This document shows positions 19,431-30,473 of a DNA stretch of 64,000 nucleotides, piece after piece (position 1 is the stretch's first letter; the number at the start of each line of letters is the position of its first letter). A program made the position numbers and the translations under genes. The notes beneath the pieces are model-generated. The model was not told the origin of the DNA and did no database searches. It worked only from the letters and a program-made list of their open reading frames with translations. The DNA comes from a virus: positions 64,001 to 128,000 of the IMG/VR virus record IMGVR_UViG_3300027896_000001; one strand, 5' to 3'.

Positions 19431-19739
19431 TTATGATTTTGCTGGTGCGGGATTTTGTGGTGGAATTTGCGGGCCGACGCCTGATAAAAGATCTTGTTCT
19501 TCTGGTTGTTGGTTTTGTGCAGGATGGTCTGTTTCTTCTGCTCTTATTGTCACCCTTCCATTACTCATTGGGGCTACTTCGATATTTCCATTTCTTTTAG
19601 GGATTACTGTTATTACTGATACAAATCTGTCTTTAATTTTAATTGCTATCTCCGCATTGTTTGAAAAGCCCTCTGACTGATGAATTTGATACTCAATTCC
19701 ATTTGACAACTTGCCTGAAAAAACTATTGTTTCTGCCAT
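19431..19739 (-). CDS. Hypothetical protein
   Basis: AAGGAG RBS; followed by a hairpin at 19402-19432. Confidence 0.65.
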   Translation of the reverse strand: MAETIVFSGKLSNGIEYQIHQSEGFSNNAEIAIKIKDRFVSVITVIPKRNGNIEVAPMSNGRVTIRAEETDHPAQNQQPEEQDLLSGVGPQIPPQNPAPAKS

Positions 19740-19880
19740 GAGGTTATCTCCTTTCTTAAACGAATATACAATTCAAAACAATGACTGTCTATAAAAAAGA
19801 AGTTAATAATTCATTTAATTTTTTGCATAACAATTGGTGGTATATTGATTAAAATATACCACCACAAATTGTATTTTTAG

Positions 19881-20141
19881 TTAAACGCTTTTTTTTGTTT
19901 TTTCATTTTTTTTTCTTTCTTTTTCTTTTTCATCATTAAACTCCCTTATCCATTTATTTACCGCCTTTATCACCGTCTTGTCAACTTTCCATAGACGGCC
20001 AAGAAATACACAGCAGGAAACTCCTTCAGGTATTCCGTGAATATTTCTATGTATTCTTTTCCATTCTTCAAATTTTATGGTGGCTCTTCTATAAGAACAC
20101 CATCTCAATGCCTCTTTATTCGTTGAACATAATCTTGTCAA
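19881..20141 (-). CDS. Hypothetical protein
   Basis: Coupled to the upstream ORF. Confidence 0.5.
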   Translation of the reverse strand: MTRLCSTNKEALRWCSYRRATIKFEEWKRIHRNIHGIPEGVSCCVFLGRLWKVDKTVIKAVNKWIREFNDEKEKERKKNEKTKKSV

Positions 20142-20497
20142 AAACCACCTCCAGCCCGAATGGAATTACAAACAACTCCGCCGCGCAAGGCGCCCATAAC
20201 ACATTTTCGTCCATAAGCTGGGCATTCCTTGCATTGAGGAATTTGATTAATTTTTATTGATTCTTGTATTTTTTCCATTGCTTCTTTTCTATTAACTCCG
20301 TCAAAAATGTTTATAATCATTGGGTTGTTTAATTTTTTTTCAAATTCTTCTTTTATGCATTTCATCATATAAATAAATTTAGCCCAGTCGTTTTCACTCA
20401 TTGTTAAAGCTGGGGTCAACGAGACAGTCGGAACAGACATGTTTTTTATAATAGCAGCTAATTCTATTGCTTCTTTTTTTAATTCCGTATTGACCAT
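20138..20497 (-). CDS. Hypothetical protein with C-terminal Cys cluster
   Basis: CKECP..C..C; AGGAG RBS. Confidence 0.6.
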   Translation of the reverse strand: MVNTELKKEAIELAAIIKNMSVPTVSLTPALTMSENDWAKFIYMMKCIKEEFEKKLNNPMIINIFDGVNRKEAMEKIQESIKINQIPQCKECPAYGRKCVMGALRGGVVCNSIRAGGGF

Positions 20498-20522
20498 AGT
20501 TTCTCCTGTTTATTTAATGTTT

Positions 20523-21371
20523 TTATTCTTCACTATCTCCTAATATTTGTCCGCCCCCAGTTTCCCCTTCTGCGTCCATTCCAAAAAGAGTTTCTGATAA
20601 TTTTGCTATTAAACTTTTTACTATTTTTGTTGGAATATTGGGATTTTTTCCATCATGCATTCCATCAGGAATTTTATATAAACTATCAACAGGGGATATG
20701 TTCATTTTATAAGCAACACACAAAACAGTAAAGCGTTCCAAATCGTGCGTATTAAAGCATGAATGTGCTGCTAAAATGTGTATTATTTCTGCAGATTTTT
20801 CTTTTACATAATCGTAATAATCAATAAATTTTTTAAATTTTTCGTTGTTTGGATTTTCTATTTTTCCCAATTCTTTTATTATTAATTCAGTCGCAGTTTG
20901 ATATTCATCAATCTGCGCCATTTTCTTTCGATGAGATTCAGGAAAAATGGAAGGATCGATTTTATATTTTTCGATAATCGGAATATGAATATTAAGAAGA
21001 TTTCTTCCTGTTTGTGTGGCTTTAATCATATTTTCCATCATGTCCTTATAAAACCCGTATTCCGCATATCCTATTTTTCTTTTTAATGATTTATTTATGC
21101 ATATTACCATTATACAATCCAGTTTAAAACCATCATTCGAAAGAACGCTTTGATCGTATTTTTCAAAAAAATTAATTCCATAATCTCCTTCAGCCTGGTG
21201 TATGCTTTGTTTTACGGATTTTTTATCAAGCCCTAAAGAATCAGACATTTTATAAAGATCTAATAGAAAATTTTTTACAGAATAATAATAATGTTTTCCT
21301 TCTTTTTTAATATCACTTTCTGTTATTAAAAATCTTTTCTTTTTTCTTGTAAAAAAAGATAATAAATGCAT
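20523..21371 (-). CDS. Hypothetical protein
   Basis: 282-aa ORF. Confidence 0.7.
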   Translation of the reverse strand: MHLLSFFTRKKKRFLITESDIKKEGKHYYYSVKNFLLDLYKMSDSLGLDKKSVKQSIHQAEGDYGINFFEKYDQSVLSNDGFKLDCIMVICINKSLKRKIGYAEYGFYKDMMENMIKATQTGRNLLNIHIPIIEKYKIDPSIFPESHRKKMAQIDEYQTATELIIKELGKIENPNNEKFKKFIDYYDYVKEKSAEIIHILAAHSCFNTHDLERFTVLCVAYKMNISPVDSLYKIPDGMHDGKNPNIPTKIVKSLIAKLSETLFGMDAEGETGGGQILGDSEE

Positions 21372-21399
21372 GGTATTTTCCCTTCAGTTTAGGTGTCGA

Positions 21400-21980
21400 A
21401 ATTTAATTAAAAATAACACTTTTTATGTTACAAAAAAGATAGGTTTCATCGCTTTTTTGTAAAAAAATAAAATTTTATTAATCGATTAAATTAAGAAACG
21501 CTCTAGTGAAAACTATCATTTCCGTAATTAAGAAATCAAATTACAAAAATGATAGATTTTGCAAAAGCATTTTTTAATTTAAACGTTTAAAAATACTTTT
21601 TGGAAAAATAAAAAAACCATAAAACCTAACATTTTCGTAATTAATATTATTTATTAATAGAATTTTATATCTTATGTTGTATCAAATAATTACAAATTGG
21701 CTTAATTTTTGCTTCGTATATACGTGAAAAATATATACATAACCTGTTAAAAAATCAACATGTTATATATATACATTTTCACGTATATGTGTGTGTTTTT
21801 CTCTTTTGAGTCTTATCTTATTTTTTAAAATATTTTTTTTAAAAGTTCCCTTCGTTTTTTATGTATGAAGTTTCAGAATATTCATTTGTTTTTTTTATTC
21901 AAACCCCAAAAGAGAAAACCTGAATTTTTAATAATTTTAATTTAACGTTTAAGTTACCATAAGACACAAATTAAAATCAA
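21400..21980. other. Very AT-rich non-coding region, candidate replication origin
   Basis: No ORF; imperfect palindrome at 21715-21789; tttaattta(a)acgtttaa occurs twice; close to the coding-strand switch. Confidence 0.4.
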
Positions 21981-22056
21981 TGCTATCACGCGTCCTCCAA
22001 TCTTGAAGCAGGAGCCGCTAGGAAGGCCTCCAGCAGCTCCAGGTGATATTACTCGA

Positions 22057-22593
22057 TCAGGAACCCGCTCCAACATCAACGGCTTCCTGTACCTTCAATT
22101 CGGGCTGTCCGTCAACGTTCGTAATGCTGTGGATTTCCTCGGATCCTTCCGGATTGATATCCACACCTTCACCTGGCTTCAGGACAATCAGGTCGTCCAC
22201 AAACCTGATTCCAGTGTTTTTTCTGAAACCGGTGGCTTCAACAATGATTACAGGCTCGGGCTTATTGTCCATCGGTTCCCACGACCCCGAGGTGGGAATT
22301 TCCGACGCTGTTGATGTGCAAATTCGAAGCAAAATGTTGTTGGTCTTGTGCCGGCACGGTTGTTCAAGCACGACGAACTCGTGTTTGGTTTTTTTAACGA
22401 CAATTTTCTTTGGCTCCGCCTTGATAACCCTGCCACCAACCACCTTAGCGGGGTTGGATTTATTTAGACCAACTTTCCGGCAAACTGAGCCGGCGTCATC
22501 GATCCCTAAAAGTAAGACCTTCCCAAATTTATCGTCATTACTCATCGTTAGCCCTGGAGTGATTTTTCCATGGCAATACTCGAATGTCTTCAT
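22057..22593 (-). CDS. Hypothetical protein
   Basis: AAGGA RBS; conserved promoter-like motif at 22711-22725. Confidence 0.65.
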   Translation of the reverse strand: MKTFEYCHGKITPGLTMSNDDKFGKVLLLGIDDAGSVCRKVGLNKSNPAKVVGGRVIKAEPKKIVVKKTKHEFVVLEQPCRHKTNNILLRICTSTASEIPTSGSWEPMDNKPEPVIIVEATGFRKNTGIRFVDDLIVLKPGEGVDINPEGSEEIHSITNVDGQPELKVQEAVDVGAGS

Positions 22594-22823
22594 GATGTTG
22601 GATCCTTCTGTTAAAGTTGACTAAAAATGATGTTGTGGACTTTTAAAACGCTTCAGCATACCTCCTTTATGCTGGATGAAAAATTAAATTTTATTTTAAA
22701 GTTTTCTTCCAATATTGTTATGTCATATTTTTGCGAATAATATCATGAATTATTCAGGTTGTAATAGAAGATGTTTTAATGCTATATTATATAAGAGATA
22801 TTCTAGCTATAAGGTAAAAAGGC

Positions 22824-25800
22824 ATGCCAACAGAAACCTCCCAAAAAACCCTGGAACAACTCTTGCAAATGCAGCAGGACGCCAGGAATAATCTCATTAT
22901 TAATACCACTGTAAAAGACACAGTTGGACAGATTCTTAATTCTGTCGAGAATGATGACGTAAAACTTAACATTAACAACTTAAGGGTTGTTGAAAAATAT
23001 GATAATAAAAATATTGCTCAGCAGAAAGAAGTAAGAAACAAAGGACAATCGTGGTCAAATGATCTCCGAGGCGATATTCAATTAATAGATAAAAAGACGA
23101 ATAAGGTGGTAGATTCAGTAAAAAATATGAAGGTTGCCGATATACCTAAAATTACCGATCGTGGAACGTTTCTTATAGGCGGTATAGAATATCAATTTAC
23201 GAAACAGGCACGATTAAAACCGGGAGTTTACACAAATAGAAAAAGAAACGGGGAAATAAATTCCTTTTTCAATGTCGATAAAACTGTTGATTTTGAAAGA
23301 GGATTTAATAATAATTTTAAACTGGGCTTTGACCCTGAAAAAAAAGTATTCATGATGACATACGGAACTAAAAATGTTCCGCTGATAAATGCATTAAGAA
23401 CTGTCGGCGTCACGAATAAGGAACTTGAAGATACATGGGGAAAAGATGTTTTCAGCGCAAATTCAAACGCATATGATAAATATCAGGATATAAATCAAAA
23501 CAAATTGTATGAAGCTGTATTTGGAAAACACCCACCCAGAGAACTTAACCATCTTGACGTTTCGAAACAAATTAAGGAAAGATTATTTGCCACAGAACTT
23601 GATCCGAAAGTAACAACAGTAACCCTTGGGAAGCCGTATAAAGAAGTTAATAAAGACGCCATTCTCGACGCTTCTAAAAAAATACTTGATATAAACAGGG
23701 GCGTTGTTGAAAGCGATGACCGGGAGGCACTGATATTTAAATCGTTCCATGATGTCGAAGACCATATAAGAGAAAAGCTTATTAAGGGTTCTGATAAAAT
23801 TATAAATAATATTAAATATAAGCTTGGGAAAAACAGGACGATCAACAAGTCGTTAAGTCCGCAGATGTTTAATTCTTTTACTATTGGGACAATAACAAAT
23901 AGTAGTTTGTCAAACCCCCCATCCCAAACAAACCCTCTTTCGATAATAGGTGAGAGTTCAAAATTCAGCATTATGGGAGAAGGTGGAATTGGATCAATGA
24001 ACGCGGTTACGAATGAGGCCCGGCAGATATCCAACAGCCAAATGGGATTTATTGATCCTCTTCATACACCAGAAGGCCCGGGCATAGGCGTGGCGGTTCA
24101 TACAACGCTTAATACGGTTAAGGTGGGTAATGACATTTATTCAAAATTTTTAGATCCTCACGGAAAAAAGGTAATGCTTTCACCCCTTGATGTCTATAAT
24201 AAAAATCTTGCATTTCCTGATCAATTTACTTTAAAAAATGGAAAACCGATCGCATTATCAGATACGGTAAAAGTTATTAACGCTGGAAAAATGACAGAAG
24301 TCCATAAAGACAAAGTTGATTTTATAGTTCCAAGCGCCATGGGAATGTTTGACACTTCCGCCAATTCAATTCCATTTTTAGATTCTATACAACCTAATCG
24401 TGGCCTTACAGCTTCTAAAATGCAAGAGCAGGCGCTATCATTAAAGCATCGCGATAAGCCATTATTTAAAATACTAAACGACAAGGGAACTCCATTTTCA
24501 GAAACACTTGCCGATGTTATGGCGTTACCAAAATCCCCTGTTGATGGAAAAATTAAAAAAATAGCTCGTGATCATATTATCGTTAAAGACAAGCGTGGAG
24601 ACGATCACAAAATTCATCTTTATAATAATTTTTCCCTTAATACTGAAAGTTTTTTTCATAATGAACCGGTTGTAAAAGAGGGAGATTCCGTAAAAGAAGG
24701 AGATCGACTTGCGGACAATAATTTTACAAAAGATGGACAGTTAGCTCTTGGGGCAAACCTTCGAGTAGCGTATATTCCGTACAGAGGATATAATTACGAA
24801 GACTCTGCCATAATGTCTGAGTCAGCTGCTAAAAAACTAACCTCTCAGCATATTTATGATTTGAAAACAAAACGCACGGCAAAAGGCGTATTTTCTGCAA
24901 ATAAATTCAAAGCTTATTATCCAGAAGAATTGACAGCAAATAATATTAAAAAACTGGATAAGGATGGTATTATTATTCCCGGCCAAACAGTTGAACACGG
25001 CGATATTGTAATAGCACATCTTGAGAAAAAAGTTCCGACAGCCGATGATCTTGCAATAGGGCGACTTGATAAACAACTTAAGCGTGATATGGCTGATCAT
25101 TCAGTTCGATGGGAAAACAATCATGTCGGCGTTGTAACTGATGTAAAAAAACAGGGAAACAGCGTTATAGTAAATATCAAAACAGAAGAACCTCTTAAGG
25201 TGGCTGATAAAATTTCTGGACTTCACGGAAATAAACATATCATATCGAAAATAGTTCCTGATGATCAAATGCCGTTTGATCCTAAAACAGGAAAACACAT
25301 CGAACTTACAATGAGCCCTATCGGAGTATCTGGAAGAATAAACACTTCGCAATTACTTGAAAGCGCAATAGGAAAAATTGCTGAAAAAACCGGGGAACAA
25401 TATCCTATAAGAAATTTTTCCCCTGTAGATAATTCTCGAAAAATTCTTGAAGATTTGAAAAGTGTTGGCTTGTCTGATAAAGACATTCTTGTTGATCCTG
25501 TTACAAAAAAACCTTATAAAAATCCTATAGCCACTGGCGTCGCCCATATACTTAAATTAGAACATAAAGTCGACCATAAATTCTCCGCAAGATATAAAGA
25601 CGGGTATGATTCGAATGAACAACCTGTAACTGGAGGAGAAACCGGAGCAAAAAATTTAGGAAGACTTGAAATAGGAGCGCTTCTTGCAAGAGGCGCCAAT
25701 GAAAATTTAAAAGAAATGTATACTATTAAAGGCCAGCGAAATGATGAATATTGGAAAGCGATGGAAACCGGGCAGTCTCTTCCTCCTCCTAAAAATGCTT

Positions 25801-28800
25801 TTGTTTGGGATAAAATGCTTGCTATGATGCATGGTTCCGGAATAAATGTTCAACAAAAGGGAAAAACATTTACTCTTAAACCAATGACAGATGCAGAAAT
25901 TATAGAAAAATCAAAAGGAGAGCTTTTAAGCCCTACTGACACTTATAGGTTTAAAGATATGGCCCCGATGAAGGAAGGACTTTTTGATCCAGTAAAGGCT
26001 GGAGGAATATTTGGAGAAGATTATACTCATTTTAAACTTCCGGAAAAAACACTTAATCCGATAGCGGCAACCGCAGCGGCAACTCTTATTGATCTGCCAT
26101 TAAAAAGATTAGAAAACATTGTAATAGGAAAACAATTTGTAGATAAAACAACCGGGCAAATAGTGGCTCCTGGAACCCCGAATTCTGTATCAGGTGGTCC
26201 AGCGCTTGAAATTCTTTTAAACTCAATTAAACCTAAAGAGGATTTAAAGCAAGCTATAGAAATGCTTGATAAGGCAAAAAATCCCACCGAAATTAACAGG
26301 CTTAATAAAAAAATAAAATATCTTAAAGCTTTGGAAAAAAATAAGATGAAACCGACGGATTATTTAATACAAAATGTTTTAGTCATTCCGTCAAAATATC
26401 GTCCTGTTTTTACAATGGGCGCAAATGATACCGTGATAACTTCCGATGTAAATGACCTGTATCAGCAAACAGCTCATACAGCAAATGCTTTAAAAGAACT
26501 GAATGCTCAAATTAGTTCAGTCGTCAAGGATGAGGATGTAAAAAATCTTCAACTTGCCGAAGCGCGTGGTCAGATGTATCAGGATTTAAAAGCTGTTTAT
26601 GGCCTTCAGGAACCAACGTCATATCTTAACAGGGTTCATAATAAAAAGGGTTTTGTGATGCAGATAGACGGTGGAGAAAAACAAACCAAAGAAGGATATT
26701 TTCAAGATAAGGTTGTTTCGAGAAAACAGGATATTGTAGGAAGGTCAACCATTATTTTAAATCCTAATCTTGGTGGAGATGAAATTGGAATACCGAAAGA
26801 AATGGCTACAAAAATATTCCAACCCTTCATCATGAAGAAAATGGTATCATGGGGGTATTCTCCTCTTGAGGCCCAAAAACATATCACTGACGAAACGCCA
26901 ATATTTGATAGAGCAAGACAAGTAGTTACGGATGAAAAACTTGTGATAGCTAATAGGGCTCCTTCTCTTCATCGTTGGAACATGACCGCATTTAAACCAA
27001 GATTGGTTGAAGGAAAATCAATCGAAGTTCCAACGGTTGTTGTTCAGAGAAACTTTGGAGGCGATTTTGATGGAGATACATTTCAGATTCATGTTCCTAT
27101 TTCTCCAAAAGCCCAGGCAGAAGCGGAAAGAATGAAACCTTCTGCCAGTATGTTAAAAGTAGGATATGATGAAGTTCTTAACAGGCCATTAAAGGATGTC
27201 ATTACCGGGGCCTGGCTGGTATCAAAAGGAAAAGGCGGAATAGATACCGGATTAAAATTTGATAATCTTAAAGACGCGCAGCAGGCATATAAACAAAATA
27301 AATTTGATCATGGCGATAGCGTCCAAATAGGTAAAATAAAAGCTCCTTATGGAATGCATGAAATAAACAGTGTTGTTCCTGAAGGTGATAAAAAATGGGA
27401 TATTGAACTTAATGACAAAAATACCCAAGGTTGGATAAGAGATATTACAAAAAAACATAATGGAAAATTAGGGCTTGCATTAGCAGATAAAATAAAAGAA
27501 GTTGGAAATAATTATGCCACTGATTTTGGATTTACTCTTGGCGTTTCAGATACGGTTTCTCATAATGATTTAAGAAACGAATTATTAAGAGAAGCTAATA
27601 AAAAAATAGATAAAAAAAATCCGATTACTATATTAAAAGCGTATTCTGATATATTGCAAAAAGGTCATGCAGAATTGGCGAAAAATCTTGGCGAACACAC
27701 AATGGTTGGAATAGGAATAAAATCAGGAGGCGGAAGAGATATAAGCAATACAGCAGCTATTAATTTCATGCCTGGAATAGTGACAGATGCTAATGAAGTT
27801 CCTATTCTTATGCCGATAACAAAATCGTATTCTGAAGGATTAGATACAGTTGGGTATTGGGCAGCTTCTCATGGTGCTCGTGGTGGTAATATAAAAAAAT
27901 CAATATCATCTTCCTTGCCTGGCTGGATGACAAAAGATCTTATGAGTTCTTTATACGAAACAAGAATAGTTTCCGAAGAACCTGCGGATCAAAAAGGAAT
28001 TGAATATTCAGTTGAAGATAAAAAAGGAATCATGAATAGATTTCTTGCAAAAGATGTTAAGACAACCGGAGGAAAAATTATAGCAAAAAGAAATGAAGTT
28101 GTAAGTTCAGATGTTGTTAATAAATTAAATCAACATAAGATAAAAAGTGTATTTGTTCAATCACCTCTTACCGATCCAACACCTGGAGACGGATTTTCAT
28201 CTTATTCGTATGGGACAGATTATAACAATAAACTGCATAATATTGGTGATAATATCGGAATTATGTCTGCCCACACTGTAACCGAACCGGCTTTAAACTG
28301 GGCCATGAAAGCATTTCATACAGGCGGTGCATTAGAACTTAATAAAAAAACAACAGGAACTGTTTTTGATAAATTATGGAATACTTTAAAATTCACACAA
28401 CTTCCAAATAAAGCAACTTTGGCGAGCATGCATGGGGTCGTGGATGGAATTAAAAAATCTTCGATTGGTGGTTGGGACGTGATTCTTAATGATGGAAACA
28501 AACAGGATGTCAGGTATATAAACGCGAACAACGAACCTGTTGTAAAAAAGGGAGACATTGTAAAACCGGGAGATTTTCTTTCGACAGGAGACCCCTCTCC
28601 TCATGATATACTTAAATATAAAGGAATGCCCGAAACACAAAAATTTCTTGTTGATCATATAAATGAAATAGTTGATAAGAAACTGGATAAAAGAGATATT
28701 GAAACGATGGTGCGAGGGCTTACAAATACGACCAGAATTCTTGATCCTGGTTCACATCCGAATTTTGTAAAAGGTGATACTGCATCCCTTACAATGATTG

Positions 28801-29156
28801 AAGATTACAACAACAGGAATAAAAAAGAAGATGATCTTGAAAACACTTTTGGCGATCATCTTGCTCGAAATTATGGACATTTAAAAGAAGGAACTAAAAT
28901 AGGAAAAAAAGAAATTGAAACAATAGGAAAATTAGGGTTTAATAGAGTGGATATTTACAAAGACAGAATTAAACATGAACCATTTTTAACCCCTACTGGA
29001 ATTCAAGCAAAAGCAAAAGTGTCAGAAGACTGGATAGCAAGATTGGCACATAATAGATTAGATGCCGTATTAAGAGAAGGGGCAACGCAGGGATGGAAAA
29101 CCGAAATAACTTCTACATCTCATCCGTTGCCGTCACTTATAACAGGAACATTTTAA
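22824..29156 (+). CDS. rpoBC: Single-chain DNA-directed RNA polymerase, beta-beta' fusion
   Basis: Beta motifs HTPEG, MQEQA, YNYEDS, DKISGLHGNK, LKLEHKVDHKFSAR, GRLEIGALLARGA; beta' motifs ANRAPSLHR, catalytic GGDFDGD, HGARGG, EPALNWAMKAFHTGG. Confidence 0.95.
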   Translation: MPTETSQKTLEQLLQMQQDARNNLIINTTVKDTVGQILNSVENDDVKLNINNLRVVEKYDNKNIAQQKEVRNKGQSWSNDLRGDIQLIDKKTNKVVDSVKNMKVADIPKITDRGTFLIGGIEYQFTKQARLKPGVYTNRKRNGEINSFFNVDKTVDFERGFNNNFKLGFDPEKKVFMMTYGTKNVPLINALRTVGVTNKELEDTWGKDVFSANSNAYDKYQDINQNKLYEAVFGKHPPRELNHLDVSKQIKERLFATELDPKVTTVTLGKPYKEVNKDAILDASKKILDINRGVVESDDREALIFKSFHDVEDHIREKLIKGSDKIINNIKYKLGKNRTINKSLSPQMFNSFTIGTITNSSLSNPPSQTNPLSIIGESSKFSIMGEGGIGSMNAVTNEARQISNSQMGFIDPLHTPEGPGIGVAVHTTLNTVKVGNDIYSKFLDPHGKKVMLSPLDVYNKNLAFPDQFTLKNGKPIALSDTVKVINAGKMTEVHKDKVDFIVPSAMGMFDTSANSIPFLDSIQPNRGLTASKMQEQALSLKHRDKPLFKILNDKGTPFSETLADVMALPKSPVDGKIKKIARDHIIVKDKRGDDHKIHLYNNFSLNTESFFHNEPVVKEGDSVKEGDRLADNNFTKDGQLALGANLRVAYIPYRGYNYEDSAIMSESAAKKLTSQHIYDLKTKRTAKGVFSANKFKAYYPEELTANNIKKLDKDGIIIPGQTVEHGDIVIAHLEKKVPTADDLAIGRLDKQLKRDMADHSVRWENNHVGVVTDVKKQGNSVIVNIKTEEPLKVADKISGLHGNKHIISKIVPDDQMPFDPKTGKHIELTMSPIGVSGRINTSQLLESAIGKIAEKTGEQYPIRNFSPVDNSRKILEDLKSVGLSDKDILVDPVTKKPYKNPIATGVAHILKLEHKVDHKFSARYKDGYDSNEQPVTGGETGAKNLGRLEIGALLARGANENLKEMYTIKGQRNDEYWKAMETGQSLPPPKNAFVWDKMLAMMHGSGINVQQKGKTFTLKPMTDAEIIEKSKGELLSPTDTYRFKDMAPMKEGLFDPVKAGGIFGEDYTHFKLPEKTLNPIAATAAATLIDLPLKRLENIVIGKQFVDKTTGQIVAPGTPNSVSGGPALEILLNSIKPKEDLKQAIEMLDKAKNPTEINRLNKKIKYLKALEKNKMKPTDYLIQNVLVIPSKYRPVFTMGANDTVITSDVNDLYQQTAHTANALKELNAQISSVVKDEDVKNLQLAEARGQMYQDLKAVYGLQEPTSYLNRVHNKKGFVMQIDGGEKQTKEGYFQDKVVSRKQDIVGRSTIILNPNLGGDEIGIPKEMATKIFQPFIMKKMVSWGYSPLEAQKHITDETPIFDRARQVVTDEKLVIANRAPSLHRWNMTAFKPRLVEGKSIEVPTVVVQRNFGGDFDGDTFQIHVPISPKAQAEAERMKPSASMLKVGYDEVLNRPLKDVITGAWLVSKGKGGIDTGLKFDNLKDAQQAYKQNKFDHGDSVQIGKIKAPYGMHEINSVVPEGDKKWDIELNDKNTQGWIRDITKKHNGKLGLALADKIKEVGNNYATDFGFTLGVSDTVSHNDLRNELLREANKKIDKKNPITILKAYSDILQKGHAELAKNLGEHTMVGIGIKSGGGRDISNTAAINFMPGIVTDANEVPILMPITKSYSEGLDTVGYWAASHGARGGNIKKSISSSLPGWMTKDLMSSLYETRIVSEEPADQKGIEYSVEDKKGIMNRFLAKDVKTTGGKIIAKRNEVVSSDVVNKLNQHKIKSVFVQSPLTDPTPGDGFSSYSYGTDYNNKLHNIGDNIGIMSAHTVTEPALNWAMKAFHTGGALELNKKTTGTVFDKLWNTLKFTQLPNKATLASMHGVVDGIKKSSIGGWDVILNDGNKQDVRYINANNEPVVKKGDIVKPGDFLSTGDPSPHDILKYKGMPETQKFLVDHINEIVDKKLDKRDIETMVRGLTNTTRILDPGSHPNFVKGDTASLTMIEDYNNRNKKEDDLENTFGDHLARNYGHLKEGTKIGKKEIETIGKLGFNRVDIYKDRIKHEPFLTPTGIQAKAKVSEDWIARLAHNRLDAVLREGATQGWKTEITSTSHPLPSLITGTF

Positions 29157-29187
29157 ACTGGTTTTAAACTAAAACAAAGGTGGTGTT

Positions 29188-29955
29188 ATGGAAGACAAAA
29201 TTGAATTTCTTTCAAAACTTGCAGCGGAGGTTGAAAAGGATGAATCCGACAAAGGAAAAGATTCCAAGTCTTCGGGAGATAAACCTGACTCTGGAGAAAA
29301 AAAGGAATCAAAGAAAAAACCTCCATTTTTTGCTAAAAAAAATGGAGGCGATGCTGGAGATAAAGAAAATAAAGGAGATGGTGGTGAACAACCTCCAGCA
29401 GAGGGAAAAGAAGAAAAGGGAGGAAATCCTTTCGCAAAAAATCAGTCAACTGGAGAAGGAGATAATGCTGAAGCAGGAAAAGGAACGCCTGGAGAGGAGC
29501 AACAGGAACCTGCTCAAGGCGCAGGGACAAATCAAATTGATCCGGCGGCCATTATCGAGTTCTTTGCCGGAAATCCAACCCCAACAGACGAAATGTTCCA
29601 TCAATTTGCAGAGTCAAATGGATTCGATGTCCCCGCGGCAGAAGCTGCCGCTTATGTTCTCGCAGGCAAATACATAATGTTACTTAGGGGAGGAAAGTCC
29701 GGAACGGCCCAGTTGGATCCAAATTCTGTAGACCCTCAACAACTTCAAATGGGAATTGAAGTCGAGGCAGAACATACTGATGATCCAACAACAAGGAAAA
29801 AAATTGCTCTTGATCATCTTACTGAAGATCCAGAATATTACACGAAGCTTCAACAGATGGAAGGAGGGGGAGAGCAAATAGCGGCCGAACCAACAGATCA
29901 AGGATCACAGACAGATCAGAAACCACAACCTCAATCTCAGCAGCCCCCACAGTAA
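29188..29955 (+). CDS. DUF5661-like protein with a long disordered N-terminus
   Basis: MGIEVEAEHT..IALDHLTEDPEYYTKL matches the family signature as I recall it. Confidence 0.65.
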   Translation: MEDKIEFLSKLAAEVEKDESDKGKDSKSSGDKPDSGEKKESKKKPPFFAKKNGGDAGDKENKGDGGEQPPAEGKEEKGGNPFAKNQSTGEGDNAEAGKGTPGEEQQEPAQGAGTNQIDPAAIIEFFAGNPTPTDEMFHQFAESNGFDVPAAEAAAYVLAGKYIMLLRGGKSGTAQLDPNSVDPQQLQMGIEVEAEHTDDPTTRKKIALDHLTEDPEYYTKLQQMEGGGEQIAAEPTDQGSQTDQKPQPQSQQPPQ

Positions 29956-29976
29956 TATTTAATTTTTTCAATGTGT

Positions 29977-30009
29977 AAAAAAAGCGCCTATAGAAAAGGC
30001 GCTTTTTTT
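29977..30009. terminator. Bidirectional terminator
   Basis: aaaaaaagcgcct..aggcgcttttttt between convergent genes. Confidence 0.8.
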
Positions 30010-30011
30010 AT

Positions 30012-30287
30012 TTATAAACGTCTCGCAAAAGCACGAAGTAACGCTTCGTTATTTAGGCATCCGCCGTGCTTTGCGTGTTGGTGGATGTGCCTGCCGACTC
30101 CTTGTTTTTTTTCAGCGGGCGCATCTTCAAATTCAAGAACTTCGCCGTCGAATATTGCATCTATAACTTGGTGCCAAACCTTTCGATCTTTCAGATAATT
30201 AAAATCCTCATCCGACGGCGAACTACCGCAATGGCCCGGGAATATGAATCCGCCGGTTTCGTCAATTTCAATATGATAACTTGGCAT
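30012..30287 (-). CDS. Hypothetical protein
   Basis: AAAGGA RBS; ends at the terminator. Confidence 0.55.
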   Translation of the reverse strand: MPSYHIEIDETGGFIFPGHCGSSPSDEDFNYLKDRKVWHQVIDAIFDGEVLEFEDAPAEKKQGVGRHIHQHAKHGGCLNNEALLRAFARRL

Positions 30288-30473
30288 ACTGTTCCTTTCT
30301 TGCGCCCGCCTACAATCTCGCTCTCGGCAGGCATTTACACCAACGTTCAGGCGAACGGCTGTACGTGGCGGTAGCGGGAGACGTAGGATTATCCCTACAA
30401 CGATCTATTACTACGTCCACATATCGTTGACTTACCGCCATGACAGCCTTTGCCTTGTTGTGTGCTGTACTGT

